Shown one piece after another: positions 18,522-27,213 of a DNA stretch of 56,824 nucleotides (its first letter is position 1; the number at the start of each line of letters is the position of its first letter). The notes under the pieces were generated by a model. It had not been told where the DNA came from. It did no database searches and saw only the letters and a list, made by a program, of their open reading frames with translations. This DNA is from Paenibacillaceae bacterium (lineage in GTDB: Bacteria > Bacillota > Bacilli > Paenibacillales > UBA4045). The stretch covers positions 1 through 56,824 of the forward strand of contig JBBDTA010000014.1 in assembly GCA_040904605.1 (NCBI GenBank), written 5' to 3'. The position numbers and the translations under genes were made by a program.

Positions 18522-20163
18522 AATAAACAGCATAATGACTGCCATTCGACTCAAATTCCGCATGGAGTAACTCCTTGAGCCATCCATCGCCATACTTGTT
18601 GAGATAGCTTATTACATTATAAACTCTTTCCTGTCTTCTCCCAAGTGGAATTAAACTCTGACGAATTCGCTCATATTGTCTCTTCGCTGCATCGAACTGG
18701 GCCTCATAAGCATCCTTCGATTTGGCTTCAAGAAACTGAATCTGCTCCATAATCTTATGTCGATTCGTATCCCCAAGCTGACGAATACCTGGATTGATCG
18801 TTCCAATCGCCTCCAATACAGGTCCATACAAAGCATCGAACTGATCCTTCACATTCGCGAACATCTGCGGTAAGCCTATAGAATCCTGATCTTCCAGCCA
18901 TTCTGTACGCTTCTCGTCGAGACGCAACACCGCATCCTCAAAAGATAGATCGAGCTTAACAAGCTGCTTCTGTACCGTACCTTCTACCAATGTGAATTCC
19001 AGACGAGGAAGGATGATTGGCATTTGATCACCAACAGAGCGGAAAGCCTCTCGAGTTAGCCCCCAATAAGCAATCTCACCTCCACCCAACACCGCACTGA
19101 GTACAGGGAATAGATAATTCTGCATAAGAGGTCTAGTGAATACATTATTACTGAAATTCTCAGGCTGCTGCTCGGCTAAACTTAGAAGCTCTGATTCACT
19201 CATGCGAAATCGCTCCATTTTGTCCGTATAATCATCACCCTGGCGTTGAAGCAGCAGTCGTTCACCCTCATGAATAATGAATAAATTGGCATTACCCTCC
19301 CGGATATCAGCTTGCGGCTCGTAACCAAGTCCGATTAAACGGTCTTTGGATACCTTAAGCGCCTGACCAATCGTCTTCTGTTGAATAATTAATTCCCGGA
19401 ACATGGGGGCTTCAATCTGTCTTAGATTCGGATCATCGGAATCCATCAATATAAGACCCTCTGAACCGAATAACATACTCATCATTCCAGCGAATAGATC
19501 AACCAACGTATTAGATTGCGTGGATAATTCACGTAGCTTACCCATCCAGTGCGATTTAAAATCCGTTGACATCAACGAAGTATCCAGTTTCTCCAGCACC
19601 CGCTCCCATTGCTCAGCAGAAATCGCTAAGCGACTTATGGGAACTCTCGTACCTTGACCCTTGGAGCTATCTAACTCTATCTTCTCCAGTGCTAACTGCG
19701 GAGTCAGTTGATGAATATGATTAACCTCGTCCAGATCATGATCCTCACCAGCAATCCAGAACACCGGGATCACCGGGCGATTCAATCGTCGCTCCGCTTC
19801 CTTCGCTGCACGAACAATCGAGATAGCTTTATGTATGACGAGTAGGGGACCCGTGAACAAGCCTGCTTGTTGCCCACCGATAATTACAAGCGTTTCGCTC
19901 TGTCGCAATCTATGTATCGATTCTATGACATTAGCTGAATTTGGGAATCTGATGTTATATTGCTCTAACGCTTGTACAACAGCTTCTCTAGGAGCGGAAA
20001 TCGTGGTTTGTTGATCCAACCAAGCTGCTCGTTCCTGAAGAGACTGAGATATACAAGGGTTATATTCGAACAAATCCTGTACCTTTGAATAATCGTGTAT
20101 ATAATCTTCAGCCAGCGGCTGAGTTTGCTTCCAGCGTATGTGCTCTAGCTTCATCTCTCTCAT
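18517..20163 (-). CDS. bshC: Bacillithiol biosynthesis cysteine-adding enzyme BshC
   Basis: GQQAGLFTGPL, PVFWIAGEDHD, FSNNVFTRP, GGEIAYW and QERVYN motifs; usual position upstream of mraZ. Confidence 0.95.
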   Translation of the reverse strand: MREMKLEHIRWKQTQPLAEDYIHDYSKVQDLFEYNPCISQSLQERAAWLDQQTTISAPREAVVQALEQYNIRFPNSANVIESIHRLRQSETLVIIGGQQAGLFTGPLLVIHKAISIVRAAKEAERRLNRPVIPVFWIAGEDHDLDEVNHIHQLTPQLALEKIELDSSKGQGTRVPISRLAISAEQWERVLEKLDTSLMSTDFKSHWMGKLRELSTQSNTLVDLFAGMMSMLFGSEGLILMDSDDPNLRQIEAPMFRELIIQQKTIGQALKVSKDRLIGLGYEPQADIREGNANLFIIHEGERLLLQRQGDDYTDKMERFRMSESELLSLAEQQPENFSNNVFTRPLMQNYLFPVLSAVLGGGEIAYWGLTREAFRSVGDQMPIILPRLEFTLVEGTVQKQLVKLDLSFEDAVLRLDEKRTEWLEDQDSIGLPQMFANVKDQFDALYGPVLEAIGTINPGIRQLGDTNRHKIMEQIQFLEAKSKDAYEAQFDAAKRQYERIRQSLIPLGRRQERVYNVISYLNKYGDGWLKELLHAEFESNGSHYAVYL

Positions 20164-20190
20164 CCCTTCTAAACGGACAAACTTTATCTT

Positions 20191-20219
20191 ATTCTACACG
20201 TCCCAGATTAGATCGTCAA
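20191..20219 (-). promoter_or_regulatory. SigA promoter for bshC-ahcY
   Basis: Minus strand TTGACG-N17-TAGAAT. Confidence 0.7.
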
Positions 20220-20318
20220 AGTCATAGAAAATAGGCCGAAAACACTCCGACCATGTTCACATCATTACATTCAGTCAAGGGTAAACGGCTATGTCGTCTA
20301 AGAAAGTCTTCTAATAGG

Positions 20319-20594
20319 TTAATTAAACTCTGATTCGCGTTTGAACGAGGTTACCTTCTCAATGGCATAGGACAGCTCTTTATATACATCACTTTCGAGC
20401 TGAGTGCGAAGCTGTGTCTTGGCGAATACCTCGCCCTTCTCTGTCGATACATACTTAGCAGGAAGCCGATTTAAGGTAATGGCCATTATATCGTCGAATT
20501 TTCCTTCATCCAGATTCTGAAGCTCAACATGACGAACCATATATTCTTTTAGACAGCTACCTACTAATTGTTCCATTAAGTTATGTATTGGCAT
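20319..20594 (-). CDS. ComFB-family protein
   Basis: HNLMEQLV...DIMAITLNRLPAKYVST..GEV pattern typical of ComFB. ATG 20594 after AAGGTG. Confidence 0.8.
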   Translation of the reverse strand: MPIHNLMEQLVGSCLKEYMVRHVELQNLDEGKFDDIMAITLNRLPAKYVSTEKGEVFAKTQLRTQLESDVYKELSYAIEKVTSFKRESEFN

Positions 20595-20604
20595 CTGAAT
20601 CACC

Positions 20605-21003
20605 TTATATTTGAATTATACTTATGATTATCCCAATCAAGAAGAACAATAGATACGTGAAACCTAGTACTAAGAAGCCTAATCTCCATACAGCTCGACC
20701 AATCTTAATAGGGTCTGCCTTACCTCTGAGACGATTCTGAGCATTACCAATAAAGCCTGCTAACAGTAGTAAGAACAGTACAATGATCCAGAATCCCTTG
20801 AAGCTTGTATCGAATATCCGATCATACATTGAAGCAACAGCTCCAATAAGGAATACCATTGTGATGTCCGCTGCAAGCCGAGAGGCTGTTTTCTTATTGC
20901 CCCAAATTCCGTATCCTATAATCCATACTAACGGAAATACAAGGAATGCGAAAGTAGCAATTATAGCATAAATGCTCAATAACCAATCCCAGTCCATCGG
21001 CAC
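20605..21003 (-). CDS. DUF3397-like membrane protein
   Basis: Four TM helices, ADITMVFLI and WRLGFL patterns; conserved position upstream of bshC. Confidence 0.7.
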   Translation of the reverse strand: MPMDWDWLLSIYAIIATFAFLVFPLVWIIGYGIWGNKKTASRLAADITMVFLIGAVASMYDRIFDTSFKGFWIIVLFLLLLAGFIGNAQNRLRGKADPIKIGRAVWRLGFLVLGFTYLLFFLIGIIISIIQI

Positions 21004-21047
21004 ACCACCGTCGAATCAATTGATAACCATCCATCATACAGTATATA

Positions 21048-21074
21048 TTTCGACAAGTTATTAACAAATCCTGC
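21048..21074 (-). promoter_or_regulatory. SigH-like promoter for DUF3397-comFB
   Basis: Minus strand GCAGGATTT-N11-GTCGAAA. Confidence 0.45.
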
Positions 21075-21085
21075 CCGCTTGGAAC

Positions 21086-21129
21086 AAAGAAAAGATCCCT
21101 GGCTTATGCCCTATAGGCTACCGGGATCC
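21086..21129 (-). terminator. Probable terminator after the RsfA-family gene
   Basis: GATCCC...GGGATC stem with an A-run on the plus side (U-tail on minus). Confidence 0.5.
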
Positions 21130-21214
21130 ATTCTACTTGAGCTTGTTCAAAAACATACATTGGGAGCAAACACACTCAGTTGGAAATAAATAAATCCTCG
21201 TTTAATCACAGGTT

Positions 21215-21847
21215 TTATTCAATTCTTTCCAAATTACCATTGGCATCCATCTTGAAGCGCTGCTTGTGATCCTCTTCTTCTTCAGTAAGGAAGGCGAGCT
21301 TACGAGCGCGATCCATAATCTGAATTAAAGCACGATAATCATCATTAATAACTCGATAGTCGGTTTGAACGACATTCACTTCACCTGACAATCTTTCATT
21401 CTCTTTCTTCAAGTGAATGAGGTCATCCTGTTTTTCTTTAAGCGCTTTCTCTAATACTCGAATTTGTCGGCTCATCTCCTGATAAGTACCTTTCCATTGA
21501 CGGAGAAAACGAATGACCCTATCGATTGATATCGCCTCATCACCACTATCCGACTTAGCTTGATGAGCATCTTCGATATCCATATCCGTCGAGCTTACTG
21601 TAACCAACATTAGCTTCTTATTCCGCTTCTGTCTTTGAGATTTGGCGATTTGGATAGCAGCCTCATATTTCTTACGTACACAGCTATTCCATCGGAAGCC
21701 ACAAGCGGCGGCAGTTCTTCCAATTCGCTCGCCAACCTCCTCGAAAGCTCTCAGCTGCGTACCACCCTCGCGTATATGGCGCAAGGTCACTTCGGCCAAT
21801 ATTAGATCGTCATCCGCACTCCATGCATCTTGCCTGATTGCAGACAT
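21215..21847 (-). CDS. RsfA/GerR(YlbO)-family sporulation transcriptional regulator
   Basis: RQDAWSADDDLILAEVTLRHIREG...AACGFRWNS, coiled coil, and FKMDANGNLE C-terminus. Confidence 0.9.
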   Translation of the reverse strand: MSAIRQDAWSADDDLILAEVTLRHIREGGTQLRAFEEVGERIGRTAAACGFRWNSCVRKKYEAAIQIAKSQRQKRNKKLMLVTVSSTDMDIEDAHQAKSDSGDEAISIDRVIRFLRQWKGTYQEMSRQIRVLEKALKEKQDDLIHLKKENERLSGEVNVVQTDYRVINDDYRALIQIMDRARKLAFLTEEEEDHKQRFKMDANGNLERIE

Positions 21848-21902
21848 CAGTCGCGATCCTCCTTTCTAATCCTTACGATAATAGGCAGTTTGTCACTATA
21901 TA

Positions 21903-21930
21903 ACTCTATGCGCCTGATAGAAATCATAGA
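21903..21930 (-). promoter_or_regulatory. SigE-like promoter upstream of the RsfA-family gene
   Basis: Minus strand TCTAT-N15-CATAGAGT, same geometry as the spoVD candidate. Confidence 0.35.
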
Positions 21931-22094
21931 ATCTATTTTCATACTACTTTTTATTTCCATATTCCCATCAACTCATACCTGTGTCCTTGAAGAAGATTTT
22001 ACAATATCGTCACTAATCCACATTTACAACTATAGGTAACAGACGTTATAATGGTCTATAGATTGTACGGAACCTTACGAAAGGTGGATGTTGC

Positions 22095-22331
22095 ATGTCA
22101 CGCATGTTTAGGGTACTTGGCTTCTGGACATTGGTAACCGCATTGATGGCTCTAGCCGGAGGTATGGTGCAGATGGCACTACTGTTCTTCTTCCAGACAG
22201 CTGCCTTTGTGTTCTTAGGATATATGAATCTGAAGGAGAAGACATACATGTATCTGTTCTGGGCTTACATGGTGTTAGCCTTCCTAGGAATTACCTATTG
22301 GTCGTTCTTCGAGTTAGAACTACCTATATAA
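22095..22331 (+). CDS. DUF2626-family small membrane protein
   Basis: MxRMFRVLGFWT N-terminus, three TM segments; AAGGTGG RBS. Confidence 0.8.
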   Translation: MSRMFRVLGFWTLVTALMALAGGMVQMALLFFFQTAAFVFLGYMNLKEKTYMYLFWAYMVLAFLGITYWSFFELELPI

Positions 22332-22398
22332 TCAGAGATAATGCAACATCATGATCAACAAAGGTATACACAGCAGAAGGTGACTAAACCACTAAGGT

Positions 22399-23532
22399 CT
22401 AGTCACCTTCTCTATGTTGAATTAACACCTTAAATAACTCACTCATGGAGTCTCCTATCAATAATTGCCTAATGGCTCGATTGCTCTTGACCACAGGATG
22501 GAATGGATCTGTCCATGCATGATCCTGTAATTTGGATAGAATACCTTGATCTATGAGAAACTGCCTTTGAGTTTGATAAGTATAATTGGTGAATCCGCAT
22601 TCGTTTCCAATTCGAATACATGAGCTAAAGTTAATATGGGAGGTGATATCTTGATTTCCTATATGAATGTAAGGATTCTGGTGCGCAATATGCTGATGGT
22701 AACACATGAGTGTGCCAATATGCCGATGTGCCGCATACAACTCTGATGCCTCGTCCCCATAATCAATCGTAATTAGCATGCCTGACTTCATCTTGGATCC
22801 TATCCGGCGTATCCAAGAATCAGCGGCTAAATTAATTTCAATGGTATGCCCTTCAGCACCGTTGATCTGAAATTGCTCAATGTATGCAGCAAGCTCATCT
22901 TCCTCCGGAATCGGATGAAGCCCTTCTACAAATTGACCTGACGTCTGGTCATAGGATACATACACCTCCTGATATCGACCATTGAACTTCTTAACTAGAT
23001 GTATGGGAAAGGCATCCAACAGCTCATTCGAGAATATAATTGCATCATGGAGTGGCGGCATCTCCCACCAGTTCTGTGCATCAATAAAACGAATTTTATG
23101 TTTATGTACATGAAGAAGCTCGCGTTGTAGCACTTGATGATAGGGACTAACCTCAATTAAGTCATAGGTGATGTTGTTATATATTTCCGGATAAACATTC
23201 TGCAGCTCATCAAGGATTTGTAACGCTAGCTTTCCAGTTCCACTACCCCATTCCGTAATGGAAGGTAACTCTATTCCTCTATTATCAGACATATACTGTG
23301 CGAATCGAGCTGCTAGCATCTGGCCCATGAATGGACCCATAGAGCTACTCGTATAAAAGTCGCCATCCTTACCAATTTTGGATTCCGGCTTCATATAATA
23401 ACCACATTTATCTTGATATAAGCACATATTCATATAGTCATGAAAAGAAATTGATCCGTCATCAGCTCGCTCAATAGCGGCTATGATTTCTTCTACAAGT
23501 TGTCTATCTCCTGATAATTCTAATGTACTCAC
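22399..23532 (-). CDS. SAM-dependent methyltransferase, NDUFAF7/MidA family
   Basis: GDFYTS, EWGSGTG, SNELLDAFP, IDYG and QDITSHINF motifs. Confidence 0.88.
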   Translation of the reverse strand: MSTLELSGDRQLVEEIIAAIERADDGSISFHDYMNMCLYQDKCGYYMKPESKIGKDGDFYTSSSMGPFMGQMLAARFAQYMSDNRGIELPSITEWGSGTGKLALQILDELQNVYPEIYNNITYDLIEVSPYHQVLQRELLHVHKHKIRFIDAQNWWEMPPLHDAIIFSNELLDAFPIHLVKKFNGRYQEVYVSYDQTSGQFVEGLHPIPEEDELAAYIEQFQINGAEGHTIEINLAADSWIRRIGSKMKSGMLITIDYGDEASELYAAHRHIGTLMCYHQHIAHQNPYIHIGNQDITSHINFSSCIRIGNECGFTNYTYQTQRQFLIDQGILSKLQDHAWTDPFHPVVKSNRAIRQLLIGDSMSELFKVLIQHREGD

Positions 23533-23615
23533 CTGGTACCTCCACCTTTAGACAAAGTAATTACAAACCGTTATAATAGGAAAGAAATTAGACCCTCAAA
23601 GGAGTCCACAAAGTC

Positions 23616-24608
23616 ATGACCCGTACGTATATTTTGCTTATTATGCTCGTTCTTCTTGCAACTGCTGTTGTTGGTTGTGGTGATAGAGAACAATTACAAG
23701 TAGATGTTCTGAAAGCATTGGCTAAGCACACCGAGATGAACACTTATCGTTTCAGCGGATCGGCAGATCTTTCCCTTGAACGTCCTGCAGCAGACTGGAG
23801 CTCAAATCCGCTGACAGCTGGAATGCTTACAATGATAACGAATGGCCGGCTGACTTGGGAAGGTGTAGCCAGTGTCGAGCCTGTAAGAATGGAGCTATTA
23901 CTTAAGCTGACTCCTCATAGTTCAAACCAACCTATAGACATTCCTATGCTCATACAGGATAACAAAATGTATGTACACATTCCAGCGATTAATGAGGCTG
24001 AACAATATTATGAAATTGATCTAGATCAGCTCAGTGAGCTGTCTGGCGCAGACAATCCTTTGTCATCCGAGCAATTAGGAGGTGCAGGTCAATTATTCTC
24101 CTCCATCTTCCACGACATCATCAGTGCAGTCAATCCTAAGAGATTTGAAGAAATTAAGAATACCGAAGCAGGCTTAAGATTGATCAACATTACATTGAAG
24201 CAGAAGCATATCGAAGAAGTGATCGACATTTGGTTTTCTGCATTACCCGGAATCATCAATCAATTGAGTGTAGCTGGTTATATCCAACCTCAAACCCTAG
24301 AAGCTTGGGAACAGAAATTAAGTCAAACGAATCACCACACCTGGATCGAACGCAGCGATAAGATTACTCTAAATCAGCCATTGACTCTGCTTACTAAATT
24401 AGATGAAGAAGGCTTCGTGCGTGAATCACATATGAAGGTCGATATAACTGCAATTGGTGAGGATAAAGCAGCTAAGACATGGTCAGTCGATGTGGTCAAT
24501 CGTTATGATGATATTAATCAGAATCCACCCTTCACCCAACCAGTTCCTAAGAACATTAAACCTTTCACTGATATCCTTGAGTATATGTCAGGCAATCGAA
24601 ATCCTTAA
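23616..24608 (+). CDS. Uncharacterised lipoprotein
   Basis: Lipobox VVGC, AAGGAG RBS, 330 aa; C-terminal YDDINQ pattern. Confidence 0.8.
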   Translation: MTRTYILLIMLVLLATAVVGCGDREQLQVDVLKALAKHTEMNTYRFSGSADLSLERPAADWSSNPLTAGMLTMITNGRLTWEGVASVEPVRMELLLKLTPHSSNQPIDIPMLIQDNKMYVHIPAINEAEQYYEIDLDQLSELSGADNPLSSEQLGGAGQLFSSIFHDIISAVNPKRFEEIKNTEAGLRLINITLKQKHIEEVIDIWFSALPGIINQLSVAGYIQPQTLEAWEQKLSQTNHHTWIERSDKITLNQPLTLLTKLDEEGFVRESHMKVDITAIGEDKAAKTWSVDVVNRYDDINQNPPFTQPVPKNIKPFTDILEYMSGNRNP

Positions 24609-24640
24609 TGTGAGCCTAACAATGGGAGAGGGAGAGCACT

Positions 24641-25729
24641 ATGGGGATCCAAACGAAGAAAATAATTGTGACAAGCATAATAGGCTCTATCCTCTGGTTA
24701 ACCCTCACAACAGGTACACGTGCAGAGCTAACGATCGAGGAAACTCGAAAATTACTGGAGGAAAGCTTGACCATCTCCGAAATCGATCGAGAGATTACTC
24801 GATTGTCTCTGGAGGAACAGAAGATTTCAGAACAGATTGTGGATACAGAGAAATCCATTGTTAATCAAGAGCAATTAGTTGATAAGGCTCGTGTACACGC
24901 TGGTAAGGTGCTACGCTCCTTTTATATGGGTGAACGTGATGGACTTTGGTTATTGTTGTTAAATTCACAGAGCTTCTCCGATGCTATTGTCGTTTATCAA
25001 TATCTGCAATCCATCGTAGAGAATGATCAGAGAGCTTTGCAGAAGCATCAGATTGCATTCCAGGAATTGAAGGATTTGAATCAAAGCCTCGCATTGACCC
25101 AGTCTGAGCTTAGAGACCTTAAAGCTCAATTTATTGCTCAACGCATCCGTGTTGTTCAGCTTCAAGAACAGTTAGATAGTAAGCTAGCCGTTCTGGATAA
25201 TAAAGAGGAGCTGCTCACCCAGATCGATGAACTCAGTAAGGCTTGGCGTAAGGATGGACTACCACTATTCCAAGAATTCCTACAAGCCATGTCTGAAGCA
25301 ATGCTTGAGCTACCAGACTATATTACAGAGAATGAGGAAAGTTTGGAGCAGGATGGGGCAAAGTTTATTTTTCATATTAAGGATGAACAGCTCAATTCCT
25401 TCTTGCGTAGTAAGAACCCGATCTTCGAACAATTTGTATATACGATTACTAGTGAGCATATATCCATCAAGGGAAAGGGTAGTAAAGATCAAATCAATAT
25501 CTTGATTAATGGCCACTACAACATTGTGAATGAACCAGAGAATGCTCTACGATTTACACTAGACGAATTAATCTATAACGAATTCACGCTGCCCGATACA
25601 ACTCGGAATGATATGCAGAAGCAGTTCAGTATGACCTTCTATCCGAAGCGATTCTCTGGGGCAATGGAAGCAACTGCTGTCCGTCAAAACCCTGGTGAAT
25701 TATTAATTGAATTGACGATTAGCCCTTGA
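24641..25729 (+). CDS. Secreted coiled-coil protein with PcsB/CwlO-like N-terminal stalk
   Basis: Signal peptide, long heptad region, FYMGER..LWLLLLNSQSFSDAI...NDQ motif; no recognisable catalytic domain. Confidence 0.75.
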   Translation: MGIQTKKIIVTSIIGSILWLTLTTGTRAELTIEETRKLLEESLTISEIDREITRLSLEEQKISEQIVDTEKSIVNQEQLVDKARVHAGKVLRSFYMGERDGLWLLLLNSQSFSDAIVVYQYLQSIVENDQRALQKHQIAFQELKDLNQSLALTQSELRDLKAQFIAQRIRVVQLQEQLDSKLAVLDNKEELLTQIDELSKAWRKDGLPLFQEFLQAMSEAMLELPDYITENEESLEQDGAKFIFHIKDEQLNSFLRSKNPIFEQFVYTITSEHISIKGKGSKDQINILINGHYNIVNEPENALRFTLDELIYNEFTLPDTTRNDMQKQFSMTFYPKRFSGAMEATAVRQNPGELLIELTISP

Positions 25730-27061
25730 TTAAGGTGTAGTTTTAATCTGCTTCCATAATTGTTCTAGCTGTGCATTCCAATCTTTAATCAATGATGGAT
25801 TCATGTCAAGATCACCTATAGCTTGTCGCAATATATTCATCTTGATTGACAGCTGAGGGTCTTTACTCCAAGCTCTACCCTCTTCAACTGCCTTGACTAA
25901 CAATCCGGATTGGGGTAGTTTAAGGAAGCTATTCGAATCTTGTATGGGTAAATTGGCAGGTAATTTATAGGCTATCCCTATTGTTTGGATCTGGTGAGAT
26001 AAATTCGTCATCCAAGCAATCCAAGAGTAAGCCATCTCCTGATGGATCGTTTGTGAAGAAACAGCATAGCTGGTTCCCGATAACCAAAGTCCAGCATCTG
26101 ACGAATCTCCGCCTAACAGACTTACAGAAAGTGCTTCACTGCCATTCTTTCTTGCCAACCATTCAGAGAGGGGCACTACCATTGCTGCGAATTGGTTGTT
26201 GGCGAACTTCTCCCAGGTTTCACCCGGAGAAAGCGGTTGCATATGTAATAATGGTTTGGTTAACCCATCCTTATTATCTATAAGATCTCTTGTCATTAAT
26301 TTCTCAAGTAATTCGATATCCTCATCTGAATTAAGCGTATACATGTGATCGAGCTCCTTGGACCAATCACCTCGGAAAGCCCAGATCAACGAAACAAAAG
26401 CCTGTTCATCACTAGAATCCACATGAATACCTTCATAGGTTGGATCATTCAGCAGAAGAGAATCATGAAGCAATAGCCATTGATCTACGCTTTCTGGTAA
26501 TTCGCTCTCTCCTTTCATCTTGACTAGAGTCGGATTCCAGACAATGATATAAGGATCGACTGTATGCGGAACCGCCCATGTATAACCATTCCATTCGGCC
26601 TGAACTAATGCTTGATTGGAGGTAGATCCAATATTAATTGGGCTGAATTCGTTGGCTTGATGGGACAAATATCCTCGGGCAGCGAATTCACTTATCCAGC
26701 TATTATCGAGCATCATAATGTTAGCGCTCTGACCAGCCATAGCTTGCTCTTTCAAGTAAAGGTATGATTGCTCATAAGTCAAATTCGTTAATTTGATTGT
26801 CGTCCCTGGATGTAGTTGTTGGAATTCTTCATTCCACGCTGACATGGTTTTGAATAGTTCGGGTTCCATGTATACAGTAGCAGTTAGTTCAATCTCCTCG
26901 TTACCAAGACTGATGTTTGGATCAATTGGTAACCCTGCTGCTTGTTCATGCTCTCGTAATGCAGGTGTATCCTGTGCATTGTCACCCATGAGCTGAGTCA
27001 AGAGCAAGAAGCATAGGAAAACTATCGCTATGAGAATAATACTGTTCTTTCTTCTGGACAA
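25730..27061 (-). CDS. Extracellular solute-binding protein (family 1-like), orphan
   Basis: N-terminal hydrophobic anchor, EFQQLHPG, IMMLDNSWISEFA, WNGYTWAVP and LSGTSYAVS. Confidence 0.75.
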   Translation of the reverse strand: MSRRKNSIILIAIVFLCFLLLTQLMGDNAQDTPALREHEQAAGLPIDPNISLGNEEIELTATVYMEPELFKTMSAWNEEFQQLHPGTTIKLTNLTYEQSYLYLKEQAMAGQSANIMMLDNSWISEFAARGYLSHQANEFSPINIGSTSNQALVQAEWNGYTWAVPHTVDPYIIVWNPTLVKMKGESELPESVDQWLLLHDSLLLNDPTYEGIHVDSSDEQAFVSLIWAFRGDWSKELDHMYTLNSDEDIELLEKLMTRDLIDNKDGLTKPLLHMQPLSPGETWEKFANNQFAAMVVPLSEWLARKNGSEALSVSLLGGDSSDAGLWLSGTSYAVSSQTIHQEMAYSWIAWMTNLSHQIQTIGIAYKLPANLPIQDSNSFLKLPQSGLLVKAVEEGRAWSKDPQLSIKMNILRQAIGDLDMNPSLIKDWNAQLEQLWKQIKTTP

Positions 27062-27167
27062 GGGTAATTCTCCTCTACTTACATGTTGGTTATCTTTATA
27101 GTAACAAAAAAAACGTCCAAACGCATAACGTAATTAAATATATTTCTTGTTACTGAAGTTAACACTA

Positions 27168-27199
27168 AAGGACCGTTAGCGTGATTTCTCTAACGGTCC
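27168..27199 (-). terminator. Hairpin/terminator after ylaK
   Basis: GGACCGTTAG...CTAACGGTCC 10-bp perfect inverted repeat. Confidence 0.65.
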
Positions 27200-27213
27200 C
27201 ATTTGCTGTATTA

